A stretch of DNA of 63,985 nt, the filler included, from Octopus bimaculoides (lineage: Eukaryota): assembly GCF_001194135.2 (NCBI RefSeq). It is 5 parts of 5 records of this genome, joined end to end, with 100 filler letters (N's around TTAATTAATTAA, not from the genome) between each part and the next. Parts side by side here need not be neighbours in the genome. Positions count along the whole stretch, not along the records: positions 33,896 to 47,447 come from NC_069000.1; positions 47,548 to 54,327 come from NC_068987.1; 3 more parts are not named here. The stretch is one strand, 5' to 3'. Below the pieces are notes generated by a model. That model ran no database searches, was not told the origin of the DNA, and was given only the letters and a program-made list of their open reading frames with translations. Every line of letters starts with the position of its first letter. Within the stretch, counting starts at the first letter, position 1. Shown here piece by piece: positions 35,641 to 47,578 of the stretch. The position numbers and the translations under genes were made by a program.

Positions 35641-36716
35641 CTTCAGATAAAGAGAAAAACAAAAAAAAAATTAAATAAAGACCCCATGTAGATGCAGAAG
35701 AGGTACAAAAAAGAAATGGTACTTTGGTTAACATACAGTTTAATGTTGTAAAAAAGTGAAAATAAATTGGAAGTGAAAATAATGAAATCCGATAATTTCA
35801 TAAACACAGGCACTTAGTTATATAAGATTTTCTAGTGACAGCATGAGCATTTCTGAATGCAGCTGGAGTAGATTGCTGTCAGATAGTATAGTCAAAAAAT
35901 CCATAGGGATGCATTTGATGTGTGAGATATGTTAGTTTAGGTCACATATATGTTGTGAAGTTGTAAACTATTCTTTAAATTTTGTTAATCTAAAATCCGT
36001 ATACAGCCTGGTGATGGATGCTTTGCTGAGAAGAAACTCAGGTGACAATGTTAAACATGAGTTGCTGAGGCAAAATAGGTTTAGAGACTGTGAAAAAGTT
36101 ATAGGTATGTTCTATGCATCATTTTTACATTATATAAATATCATGAACAACATTTAAACTGCATGTTAATCCTTACTTTTTATCTGTGAATATGATAATC
36201 AAAATGCTGCTAAATACTGATATAGTCACATACTGTGTAATAATATGCAGAGGATTTTGATTTCCTGGGACCAGCAAGACTAAGAATCATTGCAGCATCT
36301 TTCAAAACAAGCAAGAGGGAAAACAAATACAGTGAGGTTTATGAATGCATGCAGCTCTCCAAAGATTGTTATGCATTAGCCCTAAAATAGTACCCCCACC
36401 AAACAAAAGAACACCTGTGAATGATAACACTGAATTGGTGACCTGGTGAACTGGTTACCTGTAACAAAAAGAAAAAAAACAGAAAATACCACTAAATTGA
36501 CCCCAGTTGACAAAAACACCCATCAGATAAAATCACTTGTCACAGGTTAGGCCTGGTCGTGCTGAAAGGTTACTATGGATTAAGCTGGGCTGAATGTGTT
36601 GTAAACAGGAACAAAACTCACAAACATTTTATATTTATTTAAGGAAAGGATATCTATCTGTCTATCTGTCTATCTGTCTGTCTGTATGTATAGATATATA
36701 CTCACACACACACATA

Positions 36717-36860
36717 CACAATGGGCTTCTTTCAGTTTCACTCTGATCAAATCCACTCACAAGGCCTTGGTTGGCCTGAGACTACAGTAGAAGGTACTTG
36801 CTCAAGGTGCCATGCTGTGGGACTGAACTCAGAACCATGTAGTTGGGAAGCATCATCCAT
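36717..36860 (-). mobile_element. SINE head, truncated
   Basis: Reverse complement of the family head. Confidence 0.75.
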
Positions 36861-37029
36861 GTATTGCATCCAAAAGACCCAACAAAACACATGCAGTAGG
36901 CTTGAGATCATGACCTATAGACTGGAGGTCCAATAACTTGGGAATTCTACCTCTACTACTTTGATTTGAAGTTAGTAACTAATGTGTCTTCTTTCTCCAC
37001 CATATTTTTCTACAAACTTAAATTCATTG

Positions 37030-37400
37030 ACACAAGCTGATGAAGCACTCATTAATTACACAATAGTATCTCTGCCCCTTACAGTAGTGAGCTTTGCCTA
37101 CATGAGGCAAAGATACACAGTTCTTACAGTTGTAAGAACTGTATCTTGACAATATATACAGTGCGGTATCAGAAACTGATAATGAACAATCTCAGAAAGT
37201 TCATCACAGTACATTGGTGCAGCACATTTTTTTAAAGATATACAGTAAATTAAAGCTAGTGACTTCAAACCAAAGTAGTAGAAGGACTCAGAGCTACAAA
37301 ACGGTTTGGAAAAGGAAGGTTTGGAATCTTTAAGATCCATTGGATAATCAGAGATATAGAGATTTTTAACAAAAAGGTGGAGGAGATAGAGAAGTACAAC
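37030..37400 (-). pseudogene. L2/CR1-superclade LINE C-terminal relic
   Basis: SLALIY...CDELSEIV resembles the ASLxLFY..CSxELSxxVP tail of this superclade; decayed. Confidence 0.4.
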
Positions 37401-37599
37401 ATAGAGGGTAACTAGAAATTCTTATGAAACAACCTACTGAGGGTGACATCAAATCTGCAGTTGGTACAAAGTTCAAACCAGACCAAGGATGATGTGGCAG
37501 TAGAACAGTGAAGTAGACAGCCATAAATGTGAAGAGACAGACATGGAAGGATAGGAAGTATGGGGATAGCAGAGAAATATACCAAGTAGTTTGAAGAGA

Positions 37600-38930
37600 A
37601 GCTAGGCAAGGAGAAAAGCATGAAGGAAGAGATTTGCCAATATCAGTGGCACTAAGACCAGAGGTGTGAGCTGTTTCAGGTTACAAGACAGTGTGTCAAA
37701 GAAAATTATGATGTCGTAGGAGGGAAGTACATGCAGATAAATGATGATACACTTGCACTGAGTGATTTTGAAAGATGCTATGGAAGTGCCACTATGACAG
37801 GATGCTAAATGTGGAGAATGCATAGGGTAAGGAAGTCTTCTTAATGTGAATCCAGCAAAGGAACCAGCTATTTGAGCTGACAACTGTATGATTGATAAAG
37901 AAATTAAGAATATGAAAACAGGAAAAGTTCCTGGTCCGCCAGAAATCATAACTGAGATGCCTACAATATCTGGCAGAGTGGGATATAGCCAAGTCACCTG
38001 AGTAGTTTATCAAGTAGTACAAGAAGGTATCACATCCAACGACAGGCATAGAAACATTATATCTACTGTTACAAGGGTAAAGGAAATGCCTTAAAGATAA
38101 ATAATTACAGAAGTATTGAATTGCTAGACCAGATCAGGAAAGTTATGGCAAGGGTTATTGCACAAATAATTAGGAAGAGAGTTAACCTAGATGTGATGCA
38201 GTTTGGTTTTGTGCAAGAGAGAAACACTACTGATGCTATCCAGTAAGGTAATGGCTGCTCTACTTAGCATTTGTCAACATGGAGAAAGCCTTTGATAGGT
38301 GATCACTGTGGATACTAGGAGTAGATGACTGATTAGAGCTATCCAAACCATGTACAAGGGTACTTTCTGTAAGGTGAAAGTTGGAGATGAGTACAATAAT
38401 GAAATGAGTGCAGGAAGGAGTTCTCCAGTGTTTGGTTCTCAGTCCCCTTCTATATATCATTATTCTCTAAGCCATAACAAAAGAGTTAAAGACTGGTTGC
38501 CCAAGGGAGTTCCTCTGTGCTGATGACTTTGCTCATAGAGCTGAATCTGAAGTAGAATTAAAAATGAAATTCCAGGTGTAGAAGTAAAACATGTAATTAA
38601 AGGACCTAAAGGTAAATTAACTTAGCAAAGATAAAAGTAAGCTGGAAAACAGACAAACCACAAATCTCTTCAGGAAAATGGCTCCGTTCAATATTTAGAA
38701 AATGTGTAGGTAGGAATTCCATATGGTATACCCAGGGTAATCTGTGGACACATAACAGGTATAGGGAATGTGGATGGAACTCATGGAAGAGATAGACCCA
38801 GGAAGATGTTGAACAAAGTAGTGAAGGCTGACCTCTGGATGTTGGGCCTCAGAGAGGAGGTGACAAAGGCTGGGGATGATTGGCCAATTGCTGTGTTCAA
38901 GAAAACCCATCCATCTCAGCACAAATGAGG
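37600..38930 (+). pseudogene. RTE LINE ORF2 relic (RT and C-terminus)
   Basis: MKTGKVPGP, YKGKGNAL..NNYRSIELLD, MQFGFV, LYLAFVNMEKAFD, LCADD, RPRKMLNKVVKADL..LGL with many stops and deletions. Confidence 0.85.
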
Positions 38931-39039
38931 CTTTAAAAATATACTGCTTACATCTATGCCCCTGACTCAATGAAGTATTTAGTCCACAATAAACTGCTCT
39001 ACTTAGCATTTGTCAACATGCTAAGTGTCTTTTCCCCAG

Positions 39040-39500
39040 AGCTCATCTTCATAACAGCCATCTTCTGACTATGGCATTATTCACTCAGCCACTGTAACTA
39101 TATGACAGCCACTTACTTTGTATTTCACATTCTCAATATCATCCCCTACCATCTTATCCTCCACTGAATACCTCCTTCACTTTCACTCTTTCATTTGGCC
39201 AATGACAGCCCCTACTGCTTATGTTCATCATCTTATGTACCGCTCACCTTGTCCCTGGTGCTGTGCATCTCTTGAACACTGCCCACATATCACATTACCT
39301 GTACTGCTACCTATCACCTACCTGACCCAAACTTATTTCTTCCACCTTTCATCCTCTGAATTGATATTCACCATTGATCACACCTCCACTCAAGTTTACC
39401 ATTCTCTTCTACCCCTTCTATCCATTTGTCACTCTCCTTGCACACTTTTACGATCTTACCTACCCATTCACCTTGTCCATTCCTCTGGACCAGTTCTCTG
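39040..39500 (-). pseudogene. Probable RTE LINE fragment, antisense
   Basis: Purine-rich minus strand with Cys-containing and post-RT-like segments (ICGQCS, VGDDIENVKY..GC); very degraded. Confidence 0.4.
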
Positions 39501-39714
39501 TTGTTCACCTTCATGTAACCTAAGGATATGTCCTAACACCTCTGCACCATCTTCTTCTCTCCTTTTCCAACAGGGGTTGCCATGTATCTCCTCTATTTCT
39601 ATCCTTCTATCATACTTTAATTTCTCATCACTTGGCATAATCACCTCCCTTAATACTACACTCCTCAGTTGAGGGATCTTGTTTTGTGAGGTTATCTCAT
39701 TTGTTCCAGTACCA

Positions 39715-39900
39715 TGTAAAAAGCACCCAGTATACTCTGTGAAGTGGTTGATGTTAGGAATGGCATCCAGTAGTAGAAAACATTCCAAAGTAAACATTAG
39801 AGCTTTGTGCAATCTTCCAGCTCATTGGCTCCTCTCAAGCCATTCAACCCATGCCAGCATGAAAAACAAATGTTAAAAAGTGATGGTGATGATGATGATG
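39715..39900 (+). mobile_element. RTE-type 3' end with (GAT)n tail
   Basis: Similar to 6850-7062. Confidence 0.7.
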
Positions 39901-40148
39901 AGATTAAGGCTTCAGAAAATCCATACGAATCCATGTATATCTTGAAAAACATGCTATTAATAATCTGGTAATATACATAAATGTGATTTATAAAACAAGA
40001 TAATATATTGTTTTCTATATTTTAAACTTTAAAACAATTTTTTAAAGCTTTCCATGTGAAATTAATTGAAACACATAGAGGTTGAGTTTCATAAGAAATA
40101 TGATTATGAAAGTGTTAAGTGAGGGTACCTATATGAAATTTACCTTAC

Positions 40149-40247
40149 CTGGATGCATTGGTCCGTTAAAGTTGGGAATTCATCAACAATAAAGACTTTA
40201 AGATTATCACACTTGTTGAAAATTTGCATGAATCCTTCAGGAGTTAA
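40149..40247 (-). CDS. FBXL13: FBXL13/DRC6-like LRR exon (LTPEGFMQIFNKCDNLKVFIVDEFPTLTDQCIQ)
   Basis: 99-nt phase 0-0 exon, acceptor atattttcag, donor CAG|gtaagg. Resembles human ISVQGFRYIANSCTGIMHLTINDMPTLTDNCVK (recalled). Confidence 0.88.
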
Positions 40248-40614
40248 CTGAAAATATTTGATGAAATTATTTTTGAATTTATTTTCAAAATGAGCTACCA
40301 AGACCATGTTAGAACATAATAATAAAATAAAAATTGTTGTTCATATGATGTTTTTAGTAAACTTTTTTTTAATGGGTTGCTACTGCCTAACAGACCGATA
40401 CCGATGATGCTGACACCCACCACCATTACCCACCATCACCACCACTACCACTATCACTAATAATAGTATTAGTTATTGTAATTGTTACTGCTGTTACTAT
40501 GTTACTACTGCTGTTGTTGCAGAGGGAAAAGAGATATGAGTAAACCCATGCTAGGGAAAAACTTGAAGAAAAAAATTTGCTGGTATTACTTGCACATAGA
40601 GATACTTCAGTTAG

Positions 40615-41422
40615 CATGGTGGACAAAATGATTAGTAGCATTTAGTCTGTTTTTACATTCTGAGTTCAAGTTCTGCTGAGGTTAACTATACCTTTCATTC
40701 TTTCAGGGCCGATGAAATAAGTACCAGTTGAACACTGGGGTCAATGTAATTGACTCATACCCTCCCCCAAAATTACTGTCCTTGTGACAAAATTTGAAAC
40801 CATTATTACTATTACTACTACTACTACTATGGGGATGAGCTGGCAGAATCTTTAGCACACTGGGCAAAATGCTTAGCGACATTTCATCTGTCTTTATGTC
40901 TTGAGTTAAAATTCTGCTGAGGTCGACTTTGCCTTTCATCCTTTTAGGGGTGATAAATTAAGTACCAGTGAAGCACTGGGGTTGATGTAATTGACTAGTC
41001 CCCTCCCCCATAATTTCAGGCCTTGTGCCTTTAGTAGAAGAGATTATTATTATTATTTGATGCAAACTCACAGCTTATTTTGCTGGGTATGATGGAAAGT
41101 GTCAGCTGTCCACAGCCAGCAGACAAAGATGACATTTGTTTACTGGTTGTGCTTCAAGAACCCTGTGAAAAAGTTCCAGGCGATGCTGATTTTTATCGAT
41201 GTTCTACCTTTGCATTTGTACCAATCTTTTTGAACCATGTTGGTAGTTGAGTACTGATACTTCCAGGTGCATCAATTACTATTGGTATCACATCTACTCT
41301 CCTCATTGACCACTACTTATGTATTTTTCACTTCGAATCATCATAGTTGTTCAGTTTTTCTTCTTTCTCTTTGATCCTGTTATCACTGGGACATGCTACA
41401 TCGATTATCATACATGTCTTTC

Positions 41423-41453
<31 letters not shown>

Positions 41454-41667
41454 TCCAAGGCAGTGAGCTGGCAGAATTGTTAGCACACTGGACGAGATGC
41501 TTAGCAGTCTGCTGCTATGTTCTGAGTTCAAATTCCACTGAGGTTGACTCGGCTTTGCATCCTTTTGGGGTTGATGAAATAAGTACCAGTGAAACACTGG
41601 GGTCGATGTGATCGACTAGTCCCCTCCCCCAAATTTTAGGCCATGTGCCTATTGTAGAAAGGATTAT
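40615..41667 (+). mobile_element. Cluster of three Nin/Deu-like SINEs (about 40615-40805, 40831-41045, 41459-41667)
   Basis: Same consensus, separated by TTA/CTA tracts; strong CG-to-TG/CA decay. Confidence 0.8.
41058..41422 (-). mobile_element. R4/Dong-like RLE 3' fragment inside a SINE (TTA)n tail
   Basis: RKTCMIIDVACPSDNRIKEKEEKLNNY (RLE catalytic D-x-A-x-P motif), with TTA tracts on both sides (41044-41057, 41423-41453). Confidence 0.85.
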
Positions 41668-41671
41668 TCTT

Positions 41672-42003
41672 ATTATTTCCAACAAAATTCAACAAAACTT
41701 CAGGAGTCAATGCAACACACATGTAAACAAAACGATAATAATAATAATAATAATCCTTTCTACTATAGGCACAAGACCTGAAATTTGGGGGAGGGGGATA
41801 GTTGATTACATCGACCCCAGTGTTTCACTAAATTAAGTACCAGTGAAACATTGGGGTTGATGTAATCAACTATCCTCCTTCTCCATATTTCAGGTTTTTT
41901 TACCTATAGTAGAAAGGATCATCATCATCATCATCATCATCATCATCTTTACATGTGTGTTGCATTGGCTCCTGAAGGTTTGTAGAATCTTGTTGGAAAT
42001 AAT
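41672..42003. repeat. Imperfect foldback palindrome, about 160-bp arms with a 12-nt spacer
   Basis: 41672-41829 is the reverse complement of 41842-42003, including both SINE 3' sequence and non-SINE flank. Confidence 0.85.
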
Positions 42004-42479
42004 TTGTTTACTCTCTTTAATTTTTGTTAGTACCTTACATAAGGACATACTTATTTACTAGGTGAAGAGTAGGGACTGCCAAATCATGTTGTAAAGAGCT
42101 CTACTGCAATATTTTTAGCTTTTGTCAGTGTATTTTTTTTTGGGGGGGGGGGAATTATAGCATTGTTAACACCCACTAAAGGTTTTAACGAGGAGATAGC
42201 AAGAAAATCTTATATTACAACCATCTTCATGAGAGAGTAAAAGCTAACAACAACAACAATGGTCATGGTATTCTTAACAACAAAGCAATAGTGACACCAG
42301 TTGCAATAACAACAGTAACAACAGCAGCAGCAACAACAACAACGATAGCAATAGTAATTACAACAGTAACATCAGCATCAGCAACCACAATAAAAGTGTC
42401 ATCAAGGACTGTGATGACAGCAAAATCACCTAGAAATCTTGTACTTAACAAGAAAGAAGACCACCTGGCACAGGTGAAA

Positions 42480-44580
42480 CAACTTATGAAGCTGAATGGG
42501 AGAACTGCATAAACTGCCATCCCAGCTGAGGTTTTGGTGGGAAGCACACTGAAGATGGTAGTGTATCTCTGTGTATGTTCTAAAACTCAAGTCCTAAAAG
42601 CAGTGATACATGCTCTGGTGGAACAAGACCTGAAAGAAATATGGACAGACAAAGAAAATGTCACCAGGGCAAGGCAGTTTGGGAGTGTGTAGGTCCTCCT
42701 CAAGAGCAAAGCCTTCAAGTTGAAGCATTCTAAAGCCCCCAGATGCAACAAGGAGTTTTTCCTCTTCCCAACTTGTTGATGGAGGAGGATGTCATGTCCT
42801 TATCAAGACAGAAAATGCCACCAGAGTTGGATATCTGGTGGTTGATAGCTTACATCACTTTAGCAATACTCTCCATGAAATAAAATAAATGGAGGCATTG
42901 TGGTCTGGACCAGGAGATTGAAATGATCCTAAACCTAAGCCTGATGGAGTGAATCTACATATTGCAGTTGAGGGCAGAAAGCTAAGATGCCAACTGAATG
43001 GTACAGAAGACTGCTTCAGAGCTCTCTGTCCACAACAAAAAGCATGAGAGAAGAGACCCCCACTCTGCTATCAACATCACAACCCCAATGGCAGAAACAG
43101 TGTACAATATCAAAGAAACACGAACAAGAGCAGCAGCACCAGCACCAACAACAGCAACAAATGACACCCACGATTACAGGAAAATATCCAACCAAACTCT
43201 TTGTTATTCTTCCTCCCCCTCTTTCCAACTTTCTCAAGCACACACATGTAAACGTATCTCCACTCCCTCCTGTATTGGATTTTTCCAACATGGAAATTTC
43301 ATTTTGTGAGTATGGACAGCTAAGCAAATCCAAAAGACAAAAAATATTTTTAAAAGATACCCCTGCTATGAATGAGTTATGATGGCATCACTAAAACTAC
43401 ACCCATACCAAACACTAACAAATTCACAACTTCACCACCACCACTACCGATATTAACAAAAAAAAAATCACACACAGTAGACTGAAATGCAAACACATTA
43501 ACAAAACACACCCACCCACAAACTTTCTGCTAATATTAAACACAAATCTAAAACTGATATATAATCAATATAACTAATATAACTAATAAAAACAAATCTA
43601 AAACCCAAATGGAAAACATGAAACAAAGCGGGGGGGTCAGCACTTTCAAAATGCTACACAATTTGAAAATAACAAGGCTGGACTTTGAGACATAAAATAT
43701 TGAAGGAGACTTTGCCTAATGATGTGAGAAGTCCGAACGTAAGAGCCAAGAACAGACTCCTAAAGAGTTTTCCATAGAAAGCTGAAAACTTCAAGGAGAC
43801 AGAGTCAGCCAATGTCCAAGTAACCCATTTCCTTTTCCTCTTTATATTTCACTTAACATGGTGAATCTCAGAGTGTGATACATAAAGGCACATGACCTGA
43901 GGTCACTCTAGAAGCAGAGATGCATGCACAAAGAATTAAGATCCCTAGGTTTGGATGTGATAGCCATCAGCAAGACCAGTATTTCTAACACACACATTTT
44001 TGGTAATTTCAAGATCTCCACACCTCTTACTTCGCCCAGAATGTGGAAGTGGGGTGGTGGTGATGTTTTGGAAAACCCTGGGCCTTGAGATACAGTTGAT
44101 CTTCCTTAACTCAGATGGTAAGCTGATGATCTTGGACATGAACAGTGGTGAAGGTGGTGCCTTTAGACTAGTTGCTATTTATGTCTGATCTGGAGCAGGG
44201 TAGCCAGATTTCTTCAGGTGTTCAGTTTTCCTGGGAACAATCCACTCTTTACTGCTTATGGACGATTGGAATATGATCTTGGATGCATACCTGGATTGTG
44301 TTGGGCTAAGAGATAGGGTAAGGAATGTAAAAGCCTTGCAAGCTTGTTCAGTCATTTTCAAATGGCTGAAGGTACTGACTGTATCTCATGAATGTGTCAG
44401 TATAGACATGAGCAAACAGCATCACATTCATCCAGGTCATATTGAGATAGAGTATTCTGTGGGGCACAGCTCAAAGTTGCTGACTACACAGATCACAAAT
44501 TTGTGACCTGTATGATCTACCTAGATAGGTTGCATAAACAGAGACCTGATACTGGAGACTGAACATGTCTTTCTTGGTGT
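42480..44580 (+). pseudogene. Tx1/L1-clade LINE relic (ORF1 remnant and APE domain from ATG 43858)
   Basis: GSGVVVMFWKTLGLEIQLIF..DGKLMILDM...FRLVAIY, LLMDDWNMILDAYLD (GDWN motif); upstream ORF1-like segment with a decayed CCHC knuckle. Confidence 0.7.
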
Positions 44581-45178
44581 ACCAACTATCACAATACTAC
44601 CGACCTTAGCGGGTACCTTCCACAGCTTGAACTGCTTCAGTTACATGATACACACATTGCAGACTAGCACATATGCAAATATTGCAAAAGTTTTGGCTCA
44701 CCTCTTAAGTAAATACAAGCATGCACCCACCTTACCTAAGCATGCACATTTAGTCAGCTTCCGTGATGCATATTCTGTTTGTTTGATCAACTGAATTACC
44801 AACTCTACTGTAAGTGGCTGAATATACCACAGGCATATGTACCTTCAGGCAGGCTCAGCATGATACTGTTTGTGACAGAGCTGACTTCTTGAATTGCAGT
44901 TACAGTTCAATGTCACTTCGATTTATCCTCTTCACTCATAAGGCTTGGATAGAACCAGAGCTATAGAAGAAAACACTTGCCCAAGGTACCACATGGATTA
45001 AACATGGAAGCCTACAATTGTAAAACAAATTTCTTGATTTTTCAGCAGTGTTTGTACCCATCATGCATACATAAGAACATGCACACACTTATTAATACAC
45101 TCATATATGTGCATACACATATAACTAACGAATTAATTTTAAAAAATTCAAAATAAAATGCAAATATATATTAAATAC

Positions 45179-45308
45179 CTGAAGACAATTTGAAAGATCT
45201 AAATGTTCTAAATTCTTACAGCATTCTCCTTGTGCCAGGTAAGTCATTCCTCTGTCTGTGAACCTTCTGCAATATGCCAAACTTAAGCAAAGTAAGTTAC
45301 TGAGATAC
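45179..45308 (-). CDS. FBXL13: FBXL13/DRC6-like LRR exon (YLSNLLCLSLAYCRRFTDRGMTYLAQGECCKNLEHLDLSNCLQ)
   Basis: 130-nt exon with poly-T acceptor (taag) and CAG|gtattt donor. LSLAYCRRFTDRG closely matches the FBXL13 motif LSLAYCRRFTDKG. Confidence 0.92.
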
Positions 45309-45672
45309 CTTAAAAAAAAAAAAGTGGATAAGGAGACAAGGGGAAAATAAATAATGCAAGTAAATTTAACATCAATGAAATTTTGTTTCATACTTTGCAT
45401 GGAAATAACCTCTATTCCTTGAACTCTAGTTGTAAATTATATTGAGAAGGTATAAACACAAAATCAGAGTTTGCTGAATATGTTAAGGAAAACTTGAACA
45501 TTGGTCAATAAAAGTCAAATATAGTTTGTTTAAATGTCAATATAATTATGTTCACAAAGAGAGCAGAAAAGAGATACAGAAAATAATTTTTCAGACTTTT
45601 AACCCCCAACAAAATAAACAAAAAACGAAAATAACCCAAATATTAAAAGGATTAACAATTAATTAATCATAC

Positions 45673-45773
45673 CGAGCAATTATTCTTAAAGCTGTATCAG
45701 TTATAAGTGTGTGAGAAATATTAAGGTAAAGTAAGATATGACAACGCCGAGCTATGAGAAGTAGATGGTCATC
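45673..45773 (-). CDS. FBXL13: FBXL13/DRC6-like LRR exon (DDHLLLIARRCHILLYLNISHTLITDTALRIIAR)
   Basis: 101-nt exon, acceptor ctttttctccctcttttacag, donor CG|gtatga, ends in phase 2 matching the next exon. Aligns by eye with the human FBXL13 segment DESMRHISEGCPGVLCLNLSNTTITNRTMRLLPR (recalled). Confidence 0.85.
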
Positions 45774-46804
45774 CTGTAAAAGAGGGAGAAAAAGTATTTA
45801 TGGATATATATATATATATACACACACCACACCACACACACACACAAGAATATGTATGTATAACAACAATAAAAACAATAAAGTTTTTTTTTAAATGGTA
45901 AAAGACAAAAAAATTAATATTAAGAGTGATGGACTGGCAAAACTGTTACAGTGTTGAACAAAATGCTTTGCAGTAGTTCCTGCTGTTGAAGCTAGAAAGC
46001 TGGCAGAATCATTAGCGCATTGGGCAAAATGCTCAGCGGCATTTTGTCCATCGTTATGTTCTGGGTTCAAATGCTGCCATGGTCAACTTTGCTTTCATCC
46101 TTTCGTGGTCAATAAAAAAAGCTTCAGTTGAGCACAAGAGTCGAAGTAATCAACTTAGCCTCTCCCTGAAATTGCTGGCCTTGTGCCAAAACCTGAAACA
46201 AGCATTTCTTGTTCTTTATGTTTTGAGCTTAAATCCTGTCAAACTCAATTCCTCTTTCACCTCACCAGGGTCAATAAAATAAAGTACCAGTTTAGTAGTC
46301 TGGTTGATATAATCAATTGTTAACCCATCACCACTGCCATAACCAAACTAACGACCTTCTGTCTAAATTAAAATCTGTTATTATTAGTATTTGTTCTGGC
46401 TCTTTCCATTCTGAGCTCAAATCACATAGAAGTCAACTTTGCCCTCTATCCTTCAAAGGATTGAACCTGGAACCATGTGGTTGGGAAGCAAGCTTCTTAC
46501 CACATAGCAATTCCTGCACCTATGTATATAGACATAAATGCATACATACATATATACATATGCATGCACATGTATACATATACAGTATACAGCAAAAAAG
46601 AAATAACAACAAGAGAGGAGCACCAAAATGGCAACATAGAGGGATTCAGGTTACTCAAGATGCAACCATGACATGCCAGAAGCAAATGCCTTCCCCCCAG
46701 TTCTTGTTAGCAGACTATACCTTCTAGGTAGCTGTAGACCTTTCATTCATATTTCATAAAATTCAATGGAAAGCAAGGTTAGATATTACTGAAAAGTAAT
46801 AATA

Positions 46805-47210
46805 CTCTCTTTTACTCTTTTACTTGTTTCAGTCATTTGACTGCAACCATGCTGGAGCACTGCCTTTAGTCGAACAAATCGACCCCAATACTTATTCTTT
46901 GTAAGCCTAGTACTTATTCTATCGGTCTCTTTTGCTGAACCACTAAGTTACGGGAACGTAAACACACCAGCATCGGTTGTCAAGCGATGTTGGGGGAACA
47001 AACACAGACACACAAACACACATATATATACACATATACATATATACGACGGGCTTCTTTCAGTTTCTGTCTACCAAATCCACTCATAAAGCTTTGGTTG
47101 GCTCGAGACTATAGTAGAAGACACTTGCCCAAGGTGCCATGCAGTGGGACTGAACTCGGAACCATGTGGTTGGTAAGCAAGCTACTTACCACACAGCCAC
47201 TCCTGCACCT
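46805..47210 (-). mobile_element. Full-length family A SINE
   Basis: Reverse complement of 3959-4418 without the 47-nt insert. Confidence 0.88.
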
Positions 47211-47320
47211 ATATAATATAAATTTCTTTTACATAAGTACTCTCTTTATTCTCTATTTGTCTTCTCTGTCTCTTAATTTCTATGTTGTTGAATGAGCCTC
47301 CATGTTCTTGCTCAGCGTGC

Positions 47321-47447
47321 TGGTACAGAACTGATGAGCTCTTCCCTTCCTCAAGTTCATAGGCGAAACAGCAAGGAGCATAGGGGAGTGGGCAAATGAA
47401 CATTGGAGGGAACTTAAAGAAGGGAAGAGCTCATCAGTTCTGTACCA
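47321..47447. repeat. 38-bp inverted repeat enclosing a hammerhead-like core
   Basis: 47321-47358 versus 47410-47447 match at 36 of 38 positions; CTGATGA at 47331 and GAAAC at 47365. Confidence 0.75.
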
Positions 47448-47547
47448 NNNNNNNNNNNNNNNNNNNNNNNNNNNNNNNNNNNNNNNNNNNNTTAATTAAT
47501 TAANNNNNNNNNNNNNNNNNNNNNNNNNNNNNNNNNNNNNNNNNNNN

Positions 47548-47578
<31 letters not shown>

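Noticed and set aside
37098-37340. LRR-like LKSLALIYCISL in a minus-strand ORF between FBXL13 exons
   Set aside because: The flanking exons already join in phase without it, there are no good splice sites, and the context fits a LINE C-terminal relic.
42263-43382. Thr/Ala/Gln-rich ORFs that look mucin-like
   Set aside because: Derived from degenerate (ACA/GCA)n repeats in and beside a decayed Tx1/L1 ORF1 region.
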